64,000 nucleotides of DNA from an uncultured virus (IMG/VR IMGVR_UViG_3300037067_021324) (IMGVR_UViG_3300037067_021324), one strand, 5' to 3'. Positions 20,891-31,775 are shown, counted from the stretch's first letter. A program made the numbers and translations. The notes: a model not told the origin generated them from the sequence alone.

Positions 20891-21963
20891 TGCAAAATAA
20901 AGAAGAATATCTACAAATAATAAAAAAACTAGAAAATTCTGTTAATGTTCTTTTAAAAGGATTTTATGATTTAAAAAAAGAAATTAACAATTCTTATAAA
21001 AAAAAAATTGATTTATCTAGACAATTTAGTATAATAAATCTTCCTTCTAAAGGAATATATTATCCAAATAAAAATAAATCTCTTTTGGTAAGATATTTGA
21101 CAGCGATTGAAGAGCACATTTTATGTGATACCTTTTTAATGGAATCTGGTAGAGGAATTGAGCTTGTTTTAAGTCAGTTGATTATGGATAATATTGACAT
21201 AAAGGAACTTTTAATGTGTGATTTTCAAGCAATTTTGATGTTTTTAAGGTCTAATGCATATGGAGATATTATTGAAATTAATCCGATTTGTCCACACTGT
21301 GGGAAAGAAGGAGAAAACGAATTCAAACTTTCAGATTTAAATTTTAAAAAGTCAGAAATAAGTCCAAATGAAAATGGAAAATATGTTATTTTTTTACCAG
21401 AGATTGAAAAAGAATTTGTTATATCTCCTTTAACTTTAGCAAAAGAGCTTGAAAAGATTGAAAACGAATCTGATAATGATTATTTTATTATTAAAAACGA
21501 AGAAGGAATAAATACAAAAATAAAAAAAGAAAAATCACTTTCGCTTGTATATAATATTGACTCGATTAACGAATTTTCTAATAAAGAACAAATAAAAAAA
21601 ATTATAAGGAAATTGCCCAAAAAACAAATTGATTCTATTATTAATTTTATTAAAGAAAATGAGTTGGGAATAGATGAAAAAGTGAATCTTAAATGTCCAT
21701 TTTGTGGAGAAGAGTTTATACAAAGAGTTGATGCAGGATATAATTTTCTTTCATTACCAGATAGTTATAAAAATAATATTTACGAAGAAATATTTTTACT
21801 TACATATTATGGAAAAGCGATAACTTATACAGATGCAATGGTAATGCCAGTTGTTGAGAGAAAATGGCATATAAGGAGAATAAAAGAAGAAATTGAAAAA
21901 CAGAATGCAGCTGAAAAACAAGCTATGAACAAAGCAAAGGCAAATAAAGGGAAATTCAGATAA
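20890..21963 (+). CDS. gp26-like chaperone copy 2 fused to a gp51/T-like C-terminal module
   Basis: LPSKG.YY, RYLTAIEE, CPHC, CPFC, then EEIFLLTYYG..TYTDAMVMPVVERKWHI. Confidence 0.7.
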   Translation: MQNKEEYLQIIKKLENSVNVLLKGFYDLKKEINNSYKKKIDLSRQFSIINLPSKGIYYPNKNKSLLVRYLTAIEEHILCDTFLMESGRGIELVLSQLIMDNIDIKELLMCDFQAILMFLRSNAYGDIIEINPICPHCGKEGENEFKLSDLNFKKSEISPNENGKYVIFLPEIEKEFVISPLTLAKELEKIENESDNDYFIIKNEEGINTKIKKEKSLSLVYNIDSINEFSNKEQIKKIIRKLPKKQIDSIINFIKENELGIDEKVNLKCPFCGEEFIQRVDAGYNFLSLPDSYKNNIYEEIFLLTYYGKAITYTDAMVMPVVERKWHIRRIKEEIEKQNAAEKQAMNKAKANKGKFR

Positions 21964-21995
21964 ATTTTAACTATTTATATAAAATAAAAATAGTT

Positions 21996-23330
21996 ATGGA
22001 TGCATTAAAAAGTTTAGAAGAAATTTCTTTAAAAAATGAGGCAATATTTAGTAAGTTTTTTAAAAAACCCCCAGCTTCTAATTCATATTATAGTTTAACA
22101 AATAATAATGGACATATAAACCCAATTGATGATATGGGGTCTGATGGGTCTATACAATATAATGTTGAAGGTGGTTTAAAATTATTTCCTTGGTTATTTA
22201 ATGCCACATTTTCAGCTGAATTTATTTATTTTAAAAATAAAAAAGTTTGGTTTAGAGGTAGATGGGAAAATGGTATATTTGAAGGAGAAAGATTTATGGA
22301 AGGGTCTCAATTTGTATCAGGAAAATTTAAAGGAGGAATATATGAAGCTGAAAATGATGGATATGAAGCAGCTCCAGACAGCTTTTTATCTGGCACTTGG
22401 GAAAATTATGAACATGGTATTTTAGGGAGAGAATTATATACAAAGCCAATTATAAATACTGAAGAAAGTGTTGAATTAGTGTCTGTGCCAACTGGATGGT
22501 TTGTAACATTAATTGGAGAACAGAATGCAAAAGTAACATTTAAAATTATTAAAAAAATAGATGATAAAAATACTGACTTTATATTTCAAATTTATCCAAA
22601 TTTACATAGTTTACAAATAGCATGGGAAACAATTAGAGCTAATTACTTAAATAATGGATATATAATAAAAGGAAAGTCTTTTGAGTTATTAGGGAATCAA
22701 TATAAAATAAATAAAGTGAATTCAATAGTAGTTTCTAATGAACAACCAGAAGAAAGGATTTCTGCTAAAAATATAATAGATTTTTCTGTAGACTCAAATT
22801 TAAAAAATTTTTTAAGTTATAAAAAGATTCCTATTTCTATTGAGGTCGATTCTTCTTCTCAAATTGGAAAAGATTTTGTAGAACAATTTAAAAAAGATTT
22901 ACCAAGAGGTGTTTTTTCAGATGTTTTAAAACAAATGCAAAATTATGTGGCAGCTGGAATAATAACTGGATTTGTAGATAAAGATTTTGTTGGATTGGCT
23001 CCTGTATTTAATAATACTATAGGGGATAAAGGAAAAAATGAAAAAATTATTAAAGATAAGAAAATTATGGATTTGATGCTTTATCTTAATAATTTTATGC
23101 TATATATAGCAAAAGAATCAAAAGACATTGATAAATCTGAATTAATGACAGAATCAGTTCTTAAAATAAATAATGTTATAATAAAAAAAATAAAACAAAT
23201 ATTAAAAATTGATAAATTTATAAAAGTGCCAGAAAAAGATTTTATAAATCAAGCAGGTGAGGTGTCGGGAGAAATAGAAGATAAGAAAGAAAAACACTTA
23301 AAAAATGTTATAAATGCATTAAAATTATAG
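21996..23330 (+). CDS. Hypothetical protein with Gly/aromatic pentapeptide-like repeats
   Basis: WFRGRWENGIFEG..FVSGKFKGG..FLSGTWEN; TATTTATA upstream. Confidence 0.5.
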   Translation: MDALKSLEEISLKNEAIFSKFFKKPPASNSYYSLTNNNGHINPIDDMGSDGSIQYNVEGGLKLFPWLFNATFSAEFIYFKNKKVWFRGRWENGIFEGERFMEGSQFVSGKFKGGIYEAENDGYEAAPDSFLSGTWENYEHGILGRELYTKPIINTEESVELVSVPTGWFVTLIGEQNAKVTFKIIKKIDDKNTDFIFQIYPNLHSLQIAWETIRANYLNNGYIIKGKSFELLGNQYKINKVNSIVVSNEQPEERISAKNIIDFSVDSNLKNFLSYKKIPISIEVDSSSQIGKDFVEQFKKDLPRGVFSDVLKQMQNYVAAGIITGFVDKDFVGLAPVFNNTIGDKGKNEKIIKDKKIMDLMLYLNNFMLYIAKESKDIDKSELMTESVLKINNVIIKKIKQILKIDKFIKVPEKDFINQAGEVSGEIEDKKEKHLKNVINALKL

Positions 23331-23387
23331 AGATGAAACTTTTTTTGTATGTTTTCGTATAATATAATAGGAACAAAAAGAAAAAAT

Positions 23388-23915
23388 ATGAAAATTTATA
23401 TTAATCGTTTTTTTAAAGGAATTATTTATACAGGAATAAGTCTTTTTTTTATTTTTCATGAATTTGGTACTGGAACTTTAGGTGCTAATATAAGATGGAG
23501 AGAATCGACTATTGAATGGGCTGAAAAACAATCTGGATTTATGAGCAGCTTAGTTGAATTTTTGTTTTTTGCTATTATATTTATATCATTAATATATCTA
23601 ATCAAGGGGATTTATTTTTTATGTACTATTCATATTGAAAGAAATACTGTTTTTGAAATTCCAATTTCTGTTATGTTCAGTAAACCATCTACTGGATTTG
23701 AAGATAAAGATAATATTGATAGAATCAAAAAATATAGAGATGCTAAATTATCAACTATGATGAATTCTGAAGCTTCTGAAGAATATATGAAAACTGCCTG
23801 GATTGACAGTTTGGAGAAAAATAAAGGAACGAGTACTCAGACAGTAATAAGATATATTAATTCTAAATTGGCTGCAAAAAGTAATGAAGAAGGATATAGT
23901 TGGTTAAAAAGATAA
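23388..23915 (+). CDS. Two-TM membrane protein (start moved to ATG 23388)
   Basis: Two hydrophobic segments; own promoter motif and terminator. Confidence 0.6.
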   Translation: MKIYINRFFKGIIYTGISLFFIFHEFGTGTLGANIRWRESTIEWAEKQSGFMSSLVEFLFFAIIFISLIYLIKGIYFLCTIHIERNTVFEIPISVMFSKPSTGFEDKDNIDRIKKYRDAKLSTMMNSEASEEYMKTAWIDSLEKNKGTSTQTVIRYINSKLAAKSNEEGYSWLKR

Positions 23916-23934
23916 AAAATAAAATGTTTTTAAG

Positions 23935-23971
23935 AAAAGGGGATATGTATAAAAATATGTCCCCTTTTTTT
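23935..23971 (+). terminator. Intrinsic terminator
   Basis: AAAAGGGGATATGTAT-AAAA-ATATGTCCCCTTTTTTT. Confidence 0.75.
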
Positions 23972-24020
23972 ATTTACAAAACATTTTTTTGTTTTTATAT
24001 TTATAAGAAAATGTTTTGTA

Positions 24021-27000
24021 ATGAAAACTGAAAGTGGTGCATTAAGTCCAGAAGACTATAAAAAGGCAATAAAAGCTATAGATGAGCTTTATAAGAAACA
24101 AAAAAATTTAAAAGAATCTACTGATTCCATGAAATTAGCATGGCAAGGTATTTCTTCCACTATTTTTGGTATTTCTGGCTCAGATTGGTTTGACAAAATA
24201 CCTAAAACTACTGAGGAGTTGGCTACACAAGCCAAATTATTAAGTGATATGCAAATACATCTTAAAGGAATAGGAAATACTTTAAATAAAAGTATTGATG
24301 ATGCTGTTGATGGATTAGGAAAAAAAACCAAGAAAGCATTAGCTGATTTTGCCAATGTTTTTAAAGCTAAAGGTGATTTAATTAATCAAATAATGGAAAG
24401 TGGGGCAGATGCGACTAAACTTTCATTAGAACAATCTTCTGAAATATATTCATTGATTTCTCAAAAGGCAGAAAAAACTGGTAAAGAAAAAATGGAGCTT
24501 GAAAAAAAATTAGATAAATTATTAGAAAAATCAAAATTAACTCAATTTGATATTGCCGAAAAGCTTAAGGATAGCCATATAGATTCTGAAAAATATTATG
24601 ATAAGTTATTGAAGGAAATGCCAGAATTAAATAAGATTGAGGATGAATTATTAAGAAAGAAATATGCAATGTCTTTGGCAAATAAGGACATTTCTGGATT
24701 TTTAGATGAGCATGGGGATAAGGGATTGGCAATTTTAGCGACACAAGATAAAGTTTTTAAAAAAATAGGAGGGCAAGCACAACAATATGTTCAAGTGGGA
24801 AAGAAAGTTAAAGATATTGAAAAAGATTTGACTGAAACAGATAAGGAAGTATTTAAAATTTCAAAGGGATTAATGTCAATTGCCAAGAATATAGCGTCAG
24901 GAATAATTCCTAAATTATTGGATTTTGATAACATTATTCATGAAACACAAAAGGAAACTGGAATTATGTTCACTGAAAATGCAACTTTAATGACAAATCT
25001 TACTGTAAAAACTGCAGAATTTGGAATGTCAATTCAAGAAACAGCTCAATTTATGGGATTATTGGGAGATGAACTTAGAACTGTAAATTTTGAAATTTTA
25101 AGTAAAGCTACAGATGATTTAAAAGCAATCCAATTAGCTACTGGAGTATCAGGGGAAAATTTGAGCATTATAGCAGGCGAAATGATGCGTGCTGGTAAAT
25201 CATCCGAACAAGTTAGAGATGCTATGGAAGATGCAAATGTTATAGCAAAACGATTTGGAGTAAGTTCCAAGAAGGTTCTTGATGGAATGGCTAAAAATAT
25301 TACAAAAATGCGTACCATGGGTTTTGTTGGAGGAGAAAAAAGTTTAATGAAAATGGTGGCAATTGCAGAAAGACTTAGAATGAATGTTGATGAAATTTTT
25401 GATGTTGCAAAAAGAGCAAGAAGTATTGAAGGAGCTATGGAAATGGCAGCAGAGTTACAATTAGCTGGTGGTTCTTTTGCAAATATTAATCCAATGGATT
25501 TATTATCAGCTGCAAGAAAAGGTCCAGCTGAGTTACAAAAAATATTAACTCAAATGGGAGGAGATATTGGTAAGTTTGATGCTAAAACTGGAGAAATGAC
25601 ATTTGACCCAGTAGATGTTGACCGTTTACAAATAGTTGCAGATGCAACTGGTCAAACATTAGACTCAATTCAAAAAATGATACAGAAAAATGCTCAAGAT
25701 AATGCAAAAATTAATTTAATGCCAGACATTTCTTTTAAGGGCTTAACCGATTCAAGCGGAAAACCAATTGACCCAGATTCTATAAAAAACACCTTAATGG
25801 ATTCTGTAGATATGACTGGAAAAGTTTTAGAAGGTAGTGTGCTGGATAAAGCTGGAATTAAAGATTTAAGAAGTCTAACTCAAGACCAAGTTAGGAAAAT
25901 AATGGAAGACCAAATTAAAAAAGATAAAAACTTAGAAGAGCAAGCAAAACAAAATCAAAGTTTACAAAAATCTATGACTGCATTTAAAGACACAGTTATG
26001 AATATGCTTACAGTATTTCAACCAGTTATAGATGCTTTAACTTGGGTTTTTCAAAAACTAACACAATTTATTCAATGGATGAGAGGAAGTACTGTTGGGA
26101 AAATTATTATTACTGTTGCAGCTCTTTCTGCTGCATTGTTTTTGCTTATTCCTCCACTTATAGGAGCGTTGGGGAAAGCAGCTTTTGCGATGAGCCCAAA
26201 AAACTTTGGAAGTATTTTTAAAGCTGGTGGAATAAAGGGAGCTATGATGGGAAGAGGAGGAGCTGGCGGAGTTGCAGCAAATCCATTAGGACCAGCAACA
26301 GATGTAGCAACTAAATCAAATGCTGTAAAACCTAGTGCTGGAAGCGGATTGCTTGGTTTTGCCAAAAATTTAGGAAAGGTATTTAAAGAAGCTGCAAAAT
26401 ACAGTTTAAAAGGAATAGCAATGTTTACTTTGGCAATAACAGCAATGCTAGTGCCATTAACAGGTATAGCTCTTTTGTTTGGAGCATTAGGCGGGGACCC
26501 GCTAATTTTACTTTCTTTAAGTGCAGCTTTGGTAGGAATGGCATTTGCTATGCAAATAATTTCAAAGACAAAAATTGATATGAAAAATATATTAATGATG
26601 TCTATTGCTATGGCAATTGTTGGAGCAGCTCTTATTCCATTTGCATTTGCAGCTTCGCTAATGACAGATGTAAATTGGGGAAATGTGTTAATAGCAATTG
26701 GAATACTTGCTCTTGTTGTGTTAGGAATAATGTTAATAGGAGCAATGATGACTGGGCCACAACTTATAGGATTATTAATAGGAGTTGCAATTTTAGTTGG
26801 AATATCACTTAGTTTAATGATGGTTGGAATAGGTTTTTTGGCTTTAGCGATGGGATTAAATGCTCTTTCAAAAGTAGATTGGGCTTCATTTACTGGAATA
26901 GGACCAGCCTTAATTAAAGTATCACTTGCTTTAGGAGCATTTGCTTTAGCTGGGCTTATGTTTATAAATCCAATTACTATGATTGGTATGATGCTTATGA

Positions 27001-27365
27001 TTGGGACTTTAATGGCTATTTCATTAGTATTAGTTCCATTATCACTTGCTCTTGAAATGGGTGGGAAAGGACTTAATACTATGGCGGCTGGAGTAATGAA
27101 ATTAAGTGATTCACTACAAAAATTGGATTTTGAAAAATTAGATAAACTTAAAGATTTTTCTTCTGAAATGGCAGACGCTGCATCTGGAGGAGCTGTTGCT
27201 GAAGCAATGGGAAAACTTGCTGAAGCAATGGGAAAGGTCGGAATAAATAATTCTGGTACAGGTACTAGTGGAGGAGGAACAAAAAACATAGTTGTACAAT
27301 TGAAAATGCCTAATGGAAGGGTTATTGAACAAATGGTCGTTGAAGACATAGATAAAGTAAGTTAA
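24021..27365 (+). CDS. Tape measure protein
   Basis: 1114-aa helical A/G/M/K-rich protein with a hydrophobic C-terminal third, directly downstream of the chaperones. Confidence 0.8.
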   Translation: MKTESGALSPEDYKKAIKAIDELYKKQKNLKESTDSMKLAWQGISSTIFGISGSDWFDKIPKTTEELATQAKLLSDMQIHLKGIGNTLNKSIDDAVDGLGKKTKKALADFANVFKAKGDLINQIMESGADATKLSLEQSSEIYSLISQKAEKTGKEKMELEKKLDKLLEKSKLTQFDIAEKLKDSHIDSEKYYDKLLKEMPELNKIEDELLRKKYAMSLANKDISGFLDEHGDKGLAILATQDKVFKKIGGQAQQYVQVGKKVKDIEKDLTETDKEVFKISKGLMSIAKNIASGIIPKLLDFDNIIHETQKETGIMFTENATLMTNLTVKTAEFGMSIQETAQFMGLLGDELRTVNFEILSKATDDLKAIQLATGVSGENLSIIAGEMMRAGKSSEQVRDAMEDANVIAKRFGVSSKKVLDGMAKNITKMRTMGFVGGEKSLMKMVAIAERLRMNVDEIFDVAKRARSIEGAMEMAAELQLAGGSFANINPMDLLSAARKGPAELQKILTQMGGDIGKFDAKTGEMTFDPVDVDRLQIVADATGQTLDSIQKMIQKNAQDNAKINLMPDISFKGLTDSSGKPIDPDSIKNTLMDSVDMTGKVLEGSVLDKAGIKDLRSLTQDQVRKIMEDQIKKDKNLEEQAKQNQSLQKSMTAFKDTVMNMLTVFQPVIDALTWVFQKLTQFIQWMRGSTVGKIIITVAALSAALFLLIPPLIGALGKAAFAMSPKNFGSIFKAGGIKGAMMGRGGAGGVAANPLGPATDVATKSNAVKPSAGSGLLGFAKNLGKVFKEAAKYSLKGIAMFTLAITAMLVPLTGIALLFGALGGDPLILLSLSAALVGMAFAMQIISKTKIDMKNILMMSIAMAIVGAALIPFAFAASLMTDVNWGNVLIAIGILALVVLGIMLIGAMMTGPQLIGLLIGVAILVGISLSLMMVGIGFLALAMGLNALSKVDWASFTGIGPALIKVSLALGAFALAGLMFINPITMIGMMLMIGTLMAISLVLVPLSLALEMGGKGLNTMAAGVMKLSDSLQKLDFEKLDKLKDFSSEMADAASGGAVAEAMGKLAEAMGKVGINNSGTGTSGGGTKNIVVQLKMPNGRVIEQMVVEDIDKVS

Positions 27366-27397
27366 TTAAAAGATTAAAATAAATTATCAAATATATC

Positions 27398-30300
27398 ATG
27401 TATACAAATTTTGATTACATAGAAGAAAAACAAAATATGGAAGAAAAATTTAATCAATTTTTTGGTGAATTTTCTTCTGAAATTAGAAATAAATTAATGT
27501 CTAAAAATTTGACTAAACCTCAGAATCTTTATGACATATTTTATCCTTCTATAAAAAAAGATTTATTAAGCAAAAATGTAAATCAGTTTAATACTGATTT
27601 GGATAATTTTTCGGAACAAATAAGAAATGAACAGATGGCAAAAGCTGTTGAAAAAATTTTTTCTTTAGAAGAAGAATCAGAAGAATTTAGGAAATCATTG
27701 TTAGCAAGAAAAAAGCTTCATAAAGATATAACTGATTTACTAACTTTGTCTGAAGGAAGGCGCAAGGAATTATTAAGTAAAAATACACTTTCTTTATCTG
27801 ATTTAATGAAAGAATCTGAATTACAAAGAAATAAAAATATAGCAAAAAACAAAATAAATCCAAATTTAGAAAAAGAAATAAATGATAATCAAAATAAATA
27901 TAGAGAACAAAATTTGAGTAATAATTCTTCTAAAAAGCAAGATTTATTAAGTGATTCTAAAGATTTTATAAAAGATGATTTATCACATAATGCTTTAAAA
28001 AAGATTGATTTAGAAGAAGAATCTAAAAAATTTAAAAATAATAATTTAGCTTTAAATAAGTCAAAAGACTCAGACTTGGCAAAAAATAGCGTTGAGTATA
28101 GAAAAGAAGACTTATCACATAATACTCTAAAAGAAAATGATTTAGAATCATATTCAAAAAAATTTAGAGAAAATGATTTATCTAATAATAATTCTAAAAA
28201 TTTTGATTTAGAAAAAGAATCTTTACAATATAAAAAAGAAAATTTATCTAAAAATACATTTAAGCATTCTGATTTAGAGAAAGATTCTGTAAAATTTAAA
28301 AATAATGATTTATCTAATAATATACCTAAAAATTTAGATTTAGAAAAAGAGTCTGTTTCATATAGAGAAAAAGATTTATCAATAAATACACCAAGGGTTA
28401 CAGATTTAAGAATTGATTCTAAAGAATTTATAAATAAGAATTTATCTGTAAATTTATCAATTAAGCATGATATAGAAAAAGATTCTGTAAGTTATAGAAA
28501 TGAAAACTTATCATATAACATAAAAAAGAAAACTGATTTGGACAAAGACTCTGTTTCTTATAGAGAAGGAGATTTATCAGTAAATACGCCAAAGGTCACA
28601 GATTTAGAAAAAAATTCTGTTTCTTATAGAGAAGAAGGTTTAGCAGCAAACACGCCAAAAGTCACAGATTTGGAAAAAGATTCTGTTTCTTATAGAGAAG
28701 AAGATTTATCAGTAAATACGCCAAAAGTCACAGATTTAGAAAAAGATTCTGTTTCTTATAGAGAAGGAGATTTATCAGTAAATACGCCAAAAGTCACAGA
28801 TTTGGATAAAGATTCTGTTTCTTATAGAGAAGAAGATTTATCAGTAAATACGCCAAAAGTCACAGATTTGGATAAAGATTCTGTTTCTTATAGAGAAGGA
28901 GATTTATCAGTAAATACGCCAAAAGTCACAGATTTGGATAAAGATTCTGTTTCTTATAGAGAAGAAAATTTATCAGTAAATACGCCAAAAGTCACAGATT
29001 TGGATAAAGATTCTGTTTCTTATAGAGAAGAAAATTTATCAGTAAATACGCCAAAAGTCACAGATTTGGATAAAGATTCTGTTTCTTATAGAGAAAAGGA
29101 ATTATCGGTAAATACGCCAAAAGTCACAGATTTGGATAAAGATTCTGTTTCTTATAGAGAAAAGGAATTATCGGTAAATGTTCCTAATAATTCAAATCTA
29201 GAAATTAATTCTATTTTATATAGAAAAGAAGATTTATCAGCAAACGTTCCTAATAGCTCAGACTTAATTAAAGATTCTATGTTGTATAGAAAAGAAGATT
29301 TAGCAGCAAATGTTCCTAATAATTCGGATTTAAGGGAAATTTCTACCCCTTTTAGAAATGATGAATTATCAGCAAATGTACCCAGTTCGGAAACAATTGA
29401 GTCTCATAAAAATCAATATGGACAATTTAGTAATTCAGAAAAAGAAAAAAATCTCAATTTGTCAAAAAATGTAACATCACATCAAACAATTGATAAGCAT
29501 TATGACCAATATGGTGGAATAAATGGTGGTGAGAATGAAAGAATAGCAAATTTAAACAAGAATGTTGGATTTGGGCAAATGGGGATTAATGTGCTTGGAC
29601 CTGGTGGTACTTCTGTTTTTGTTGGGATATCTGGGGTTTTAACTCAAGGATTGGTTTTTAGGAATTTATTAACCATGAGAAATAAATATAAAGCAACATC
29701 TAATTATTATACAGAAGGACGTGTTTTAGAATATGGGGAAGGAGGAATGCTGGTGAGTAATACTTTAGAAGTACCAACTCAGGGTGAAATATTATCAAAT
29801 AATGCACTTCCAATAAATCCAGAAGAGTTCATTAACTCGAATGTTGGTTATTTTGCAGAAATAAAATCACCTATTAAAAGGAACTTGTTTGCAGCATATT
29901 CGTTTGCATCTTCACAAAAAGAAGTTTTGAAATATTATAATGTTTATGATGGTAATTCAGCTGTTGTTAATGTTAATATTGATTATGATTTAGATAATAG
30001 AAAAATTACTGGTAAAAGTTTTGGATATAAACAAAATACGGAATTATCATTACCACCAGAAAACATTAATAATCTAATAAGACAATATTTAAAATATTCA
30101 AATCCATTTGGATTAGATAACAAAGGCTCCTTAAAAACAACTAACACTGATAGAAATATTGGCGAAATATATTCTAAAATAAATTCTCTTTCACAATCTA
30201 CAGATTACATGAAATCGATTCAAGATTTAATTATAAGTTATAATGCATTTTCCGAAAAAAGAATAAACAGAATACTTAATACTTCTGCAAAATCTCTTAA

Positions 30301-31717
30301 TGCCCCATCTGGTACATATTTTATAGGCGATGTTGAAAGACAATTTGATGAAAATTATGGTAATATTGATAATGCTAATATTGCTTTTAAAAAATATGCT
30401 GGAAACCCTGTACATGATAATGGATTTAACACAAATAGTAAAGGGGTAAGAAATATATTAAGAAGAATTGGAGATAGCGACATTGATTCTAATATAAATT
30501 TCAAAGATATTCAAGGAACAGAAGGGTCACCTTCTAAAACTTATGTTATTGGTAGAAAAAAAGATGGGTCAAAGAAGAAAGGATATCAGAAGTATACAGT
30601 AAGAAATCCTTATGCTCCAGAAAAGGCTGGAAGATTGATTTTTTGTTTTACAAATTATTCTATACCAGAAATATATGGGAGGACAATGTTTTTTCCCCCT
30701 TATATTAATAGTTTTCAGAATTCAGATTCTGCAAGTTGGAATCCTATAAATTATTTAGGAAGACCAGAGGCTGTATATACTTATAATAATTCATCAAGAG
30801 ATGGAAGTGTCTCGTTTTTTATACTGACTGATTATGCAGAAAGCGTTACAATAGGCAATGAGCAAAATGAAAATATGAATTCTATTGATATTGCTATAAC
30901 TAAAAATTTTACAATTGATGGTTTAGGTAAAAATTTATCCACAGAACTTTTAATTAATAGTATAGAGGCAACAAAAAATGCAGTAACAAAGAAGTTACAA
31001 GAACAGAAGTTAAAATCCACTAATGAATCTAATACATATTCAAAAATAAATACTTTACAAACTACAGAAACGGGCACTACAACACAAAACATAGATGAAA
31101 GTAAAATTTCTGAGAATGAAGAAAAAGATGATGAAACAAATAAAAAAATGGATATTTATCAATCTTTAATAAATAAATTAGAAACAACTGCAAAACAAGC
31201 TATTAATAGTGTTGAATCTATTTATTCAGAATCATCTGAAAAATATAAAAACATCAATCAATTTTATGTAACTGTTAAAGAAGTGGAAGATGGATATGTA
31301 AATACAATAGTTCAAGACACAAAAACGAGAATTAATGAAATGATTAAGAATTTAGCATTTCAACCTGCTTATTTTTCCGGGAGTAAAGTTGATTTAAAAA
31401 ACAGGATGGAATTTTTATCAAAGATGACAAGACCAGCTAATAATATAAAAAAAGATGGTTTTTCATTTACAAACCCACCAGTTTGCCATTTAAGGCTTGG
31501 AGATTGGATTGACCATGATATTATTGTTAATAGTGTAAGTTATGATTATGCTGGAGCTCCATGGACAACAGATTTAATAGGGGGAAGTGTACAACCTATG
31601 TGGGTTAATGTTACAGTTAGTTTTAATATTGTTGGTGGAGCTGGAGCTGGCGGAGGAGTACCATTAACATCTACAGATGTAGAAGGGTTTTATGGTACAA
31701 AAACAACAAGAAGATAA
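27398..31717 (+). CDS. Large tail/baseplate protein: 22-aa repeat region plus C-terminal tube-initiator-like domain
   Basis: C-terminal FPPYI.SF..SDSASW...YLGRPEAVYTYNNSSR..S.SF, PP.CHLRLGD, SVSYDY..W..QPM...VTVSF. Confidence 0.65.
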   Translation: MYTNFDYIEEKQNMEEKFNQFFGEFSSEIRNKLMSKNLTKPQNLYDIFYPSIKKDLLSKNVNQFNTDLDNFSEQIRNEQMAKAVEKIFSLEEESEEFRKSLLARKKLHKDITDLLTLSEGRRKELLSKNTLSLSDLMKESELQRNKNIAKNKINPNLEKEINDNQNKYREQNLSNNSSKKQDLLSDSKDFIKDDLSHNALKKIDLEEESKKFKNNNLALNKSKDSDLAKNSVEYRKEDLSHNTLKENDLESYSKKFRENDLSNNNSKNFDLEKESLQYKKENLSKNTFKHSDLEKDSVKFKNNDLSNNIPKNLDLEKESVSYREKDLSINTPRVTDLRIDSKEFINKNLSVNLSIKHDIEKDSVSYRNENLSYNIKKKTDLDKDSVSYREGDLSVNTPKVTDLEKNSVSYREEGLAANTPKVTDLEKDSVSYREEDLSVNTPKVTDLEKDSVSYREGDLSVNTPKVTDLDKDSVSYREEDLSVNTPKVTDLDKDSVSYREGDLSVNTPKVTDLDKDSVSYREENLSVNTPKVTDLDKDSVSYREENLSVNTPKVTDLDKDSVSYREKELSVNTPKVTDLDKDSVSYREKELSVNVPNNSNLEINSILYRKEDLSANVPNSSDLIKDSMLYRKEDLAANVPNNSDLREISTPFRNDELSANVPSSETIESHKNQYGQFSNSEKEKNLNLSKNVTSHQTIDKHYDQYGGINGGENERIANLNKNVGFGQMGINVLGPGGTSVFVGISGVLTQGLVFRNLLTMRNKYKATSNYYTEGRVLEYGEGGMLVSNTLEVPTQGEILSNNALPINPEEFINSNVGYFAEIKSPIKRNLFAAYSFASSQKEVLKYYNVYDGNSAVVNVNIDYDLDNRKITGKSFGYKQNTELSLPPENINNLIRQYLKYSNPFGLDNKGSLKTTNTDRNIGEIYSKINSLSQSTDYMKSIQDLIISYNAFSEKRINRILNTSAKSLNAPSGTYFIGDVERQFDENYGNIDNANIAFKKYAGNPVHDNGFNTNSKGVRNILRRIGDSDIDSNINFKDIQGTEGSPSKTYVIGRKKDGSKKKGYQKYTVRNPYAPEKAGRLIFCFTNYSIPEIYGRTMFFPPYINSFQNSDSASWNPINYLGRPEAVYTYNNSSRDGSVSFFILTDYAESVTIGNEQNENMNSIDIAITKNFTIDGLGKNLSTELLINSIEATKNAVTKKLQEQKLKSTNESNTYSKINTLQTTETGTTTQNIDESKISENEEKDDETNKKMDIYQSLINKLETTAKQAINSVESIYSESSEKYKNINQFYVTVKEVEDGYVNTIVQDTKTRINEMIKNLAFQPAYFSGSKVDLKNRMEFLSKMTRPANNIKKDGFSFTNPPVCHLRLGDWIDHDIIVNSVSYDYAGAPWTTDLIGGSVQPMWVNVTVSFNIVGGAGAGGGVPLTSTDVEGFYGTKTTRR
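27941..29392 (+). repeat. 66-bp (22-aa) tandem repeat, 22 copies in register; ten near-identical copies at 28535..29194
   Basis: Unit GATTTGGATAAAGATTCTGTTTCTTATAGAGAAGAAGATTTATCAGTAAATACGCCAAAAGTCACA = DLDKDSVSYREEDLSVNTPKVT. Confidence 0.92.
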
Positions 31718-31775
31718 CTATGAGATAACTGTTTTTTTTGTTTTTTTTGTTTGTTATATTTATAATAAAATTATT

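Noticed and set aside
26072..27349. 425-aa minus-strand ORF
   Set aside because: Antisense shadow of the hydrophobic tape-measure region; no motifs or promoter.
28535..29194. Possible CRISPR array
   Set aside because: Units are contiguous 66-bp in-frame coding repeats with no unique spacers, and no cas genes are present.
31692..31775. N-terminal extension of the LysM/wedge ORF
   Set aside because: Overlaps the upstream gene and spans a T-rich tract plus the promoter motif; ATG 31776 fits better.
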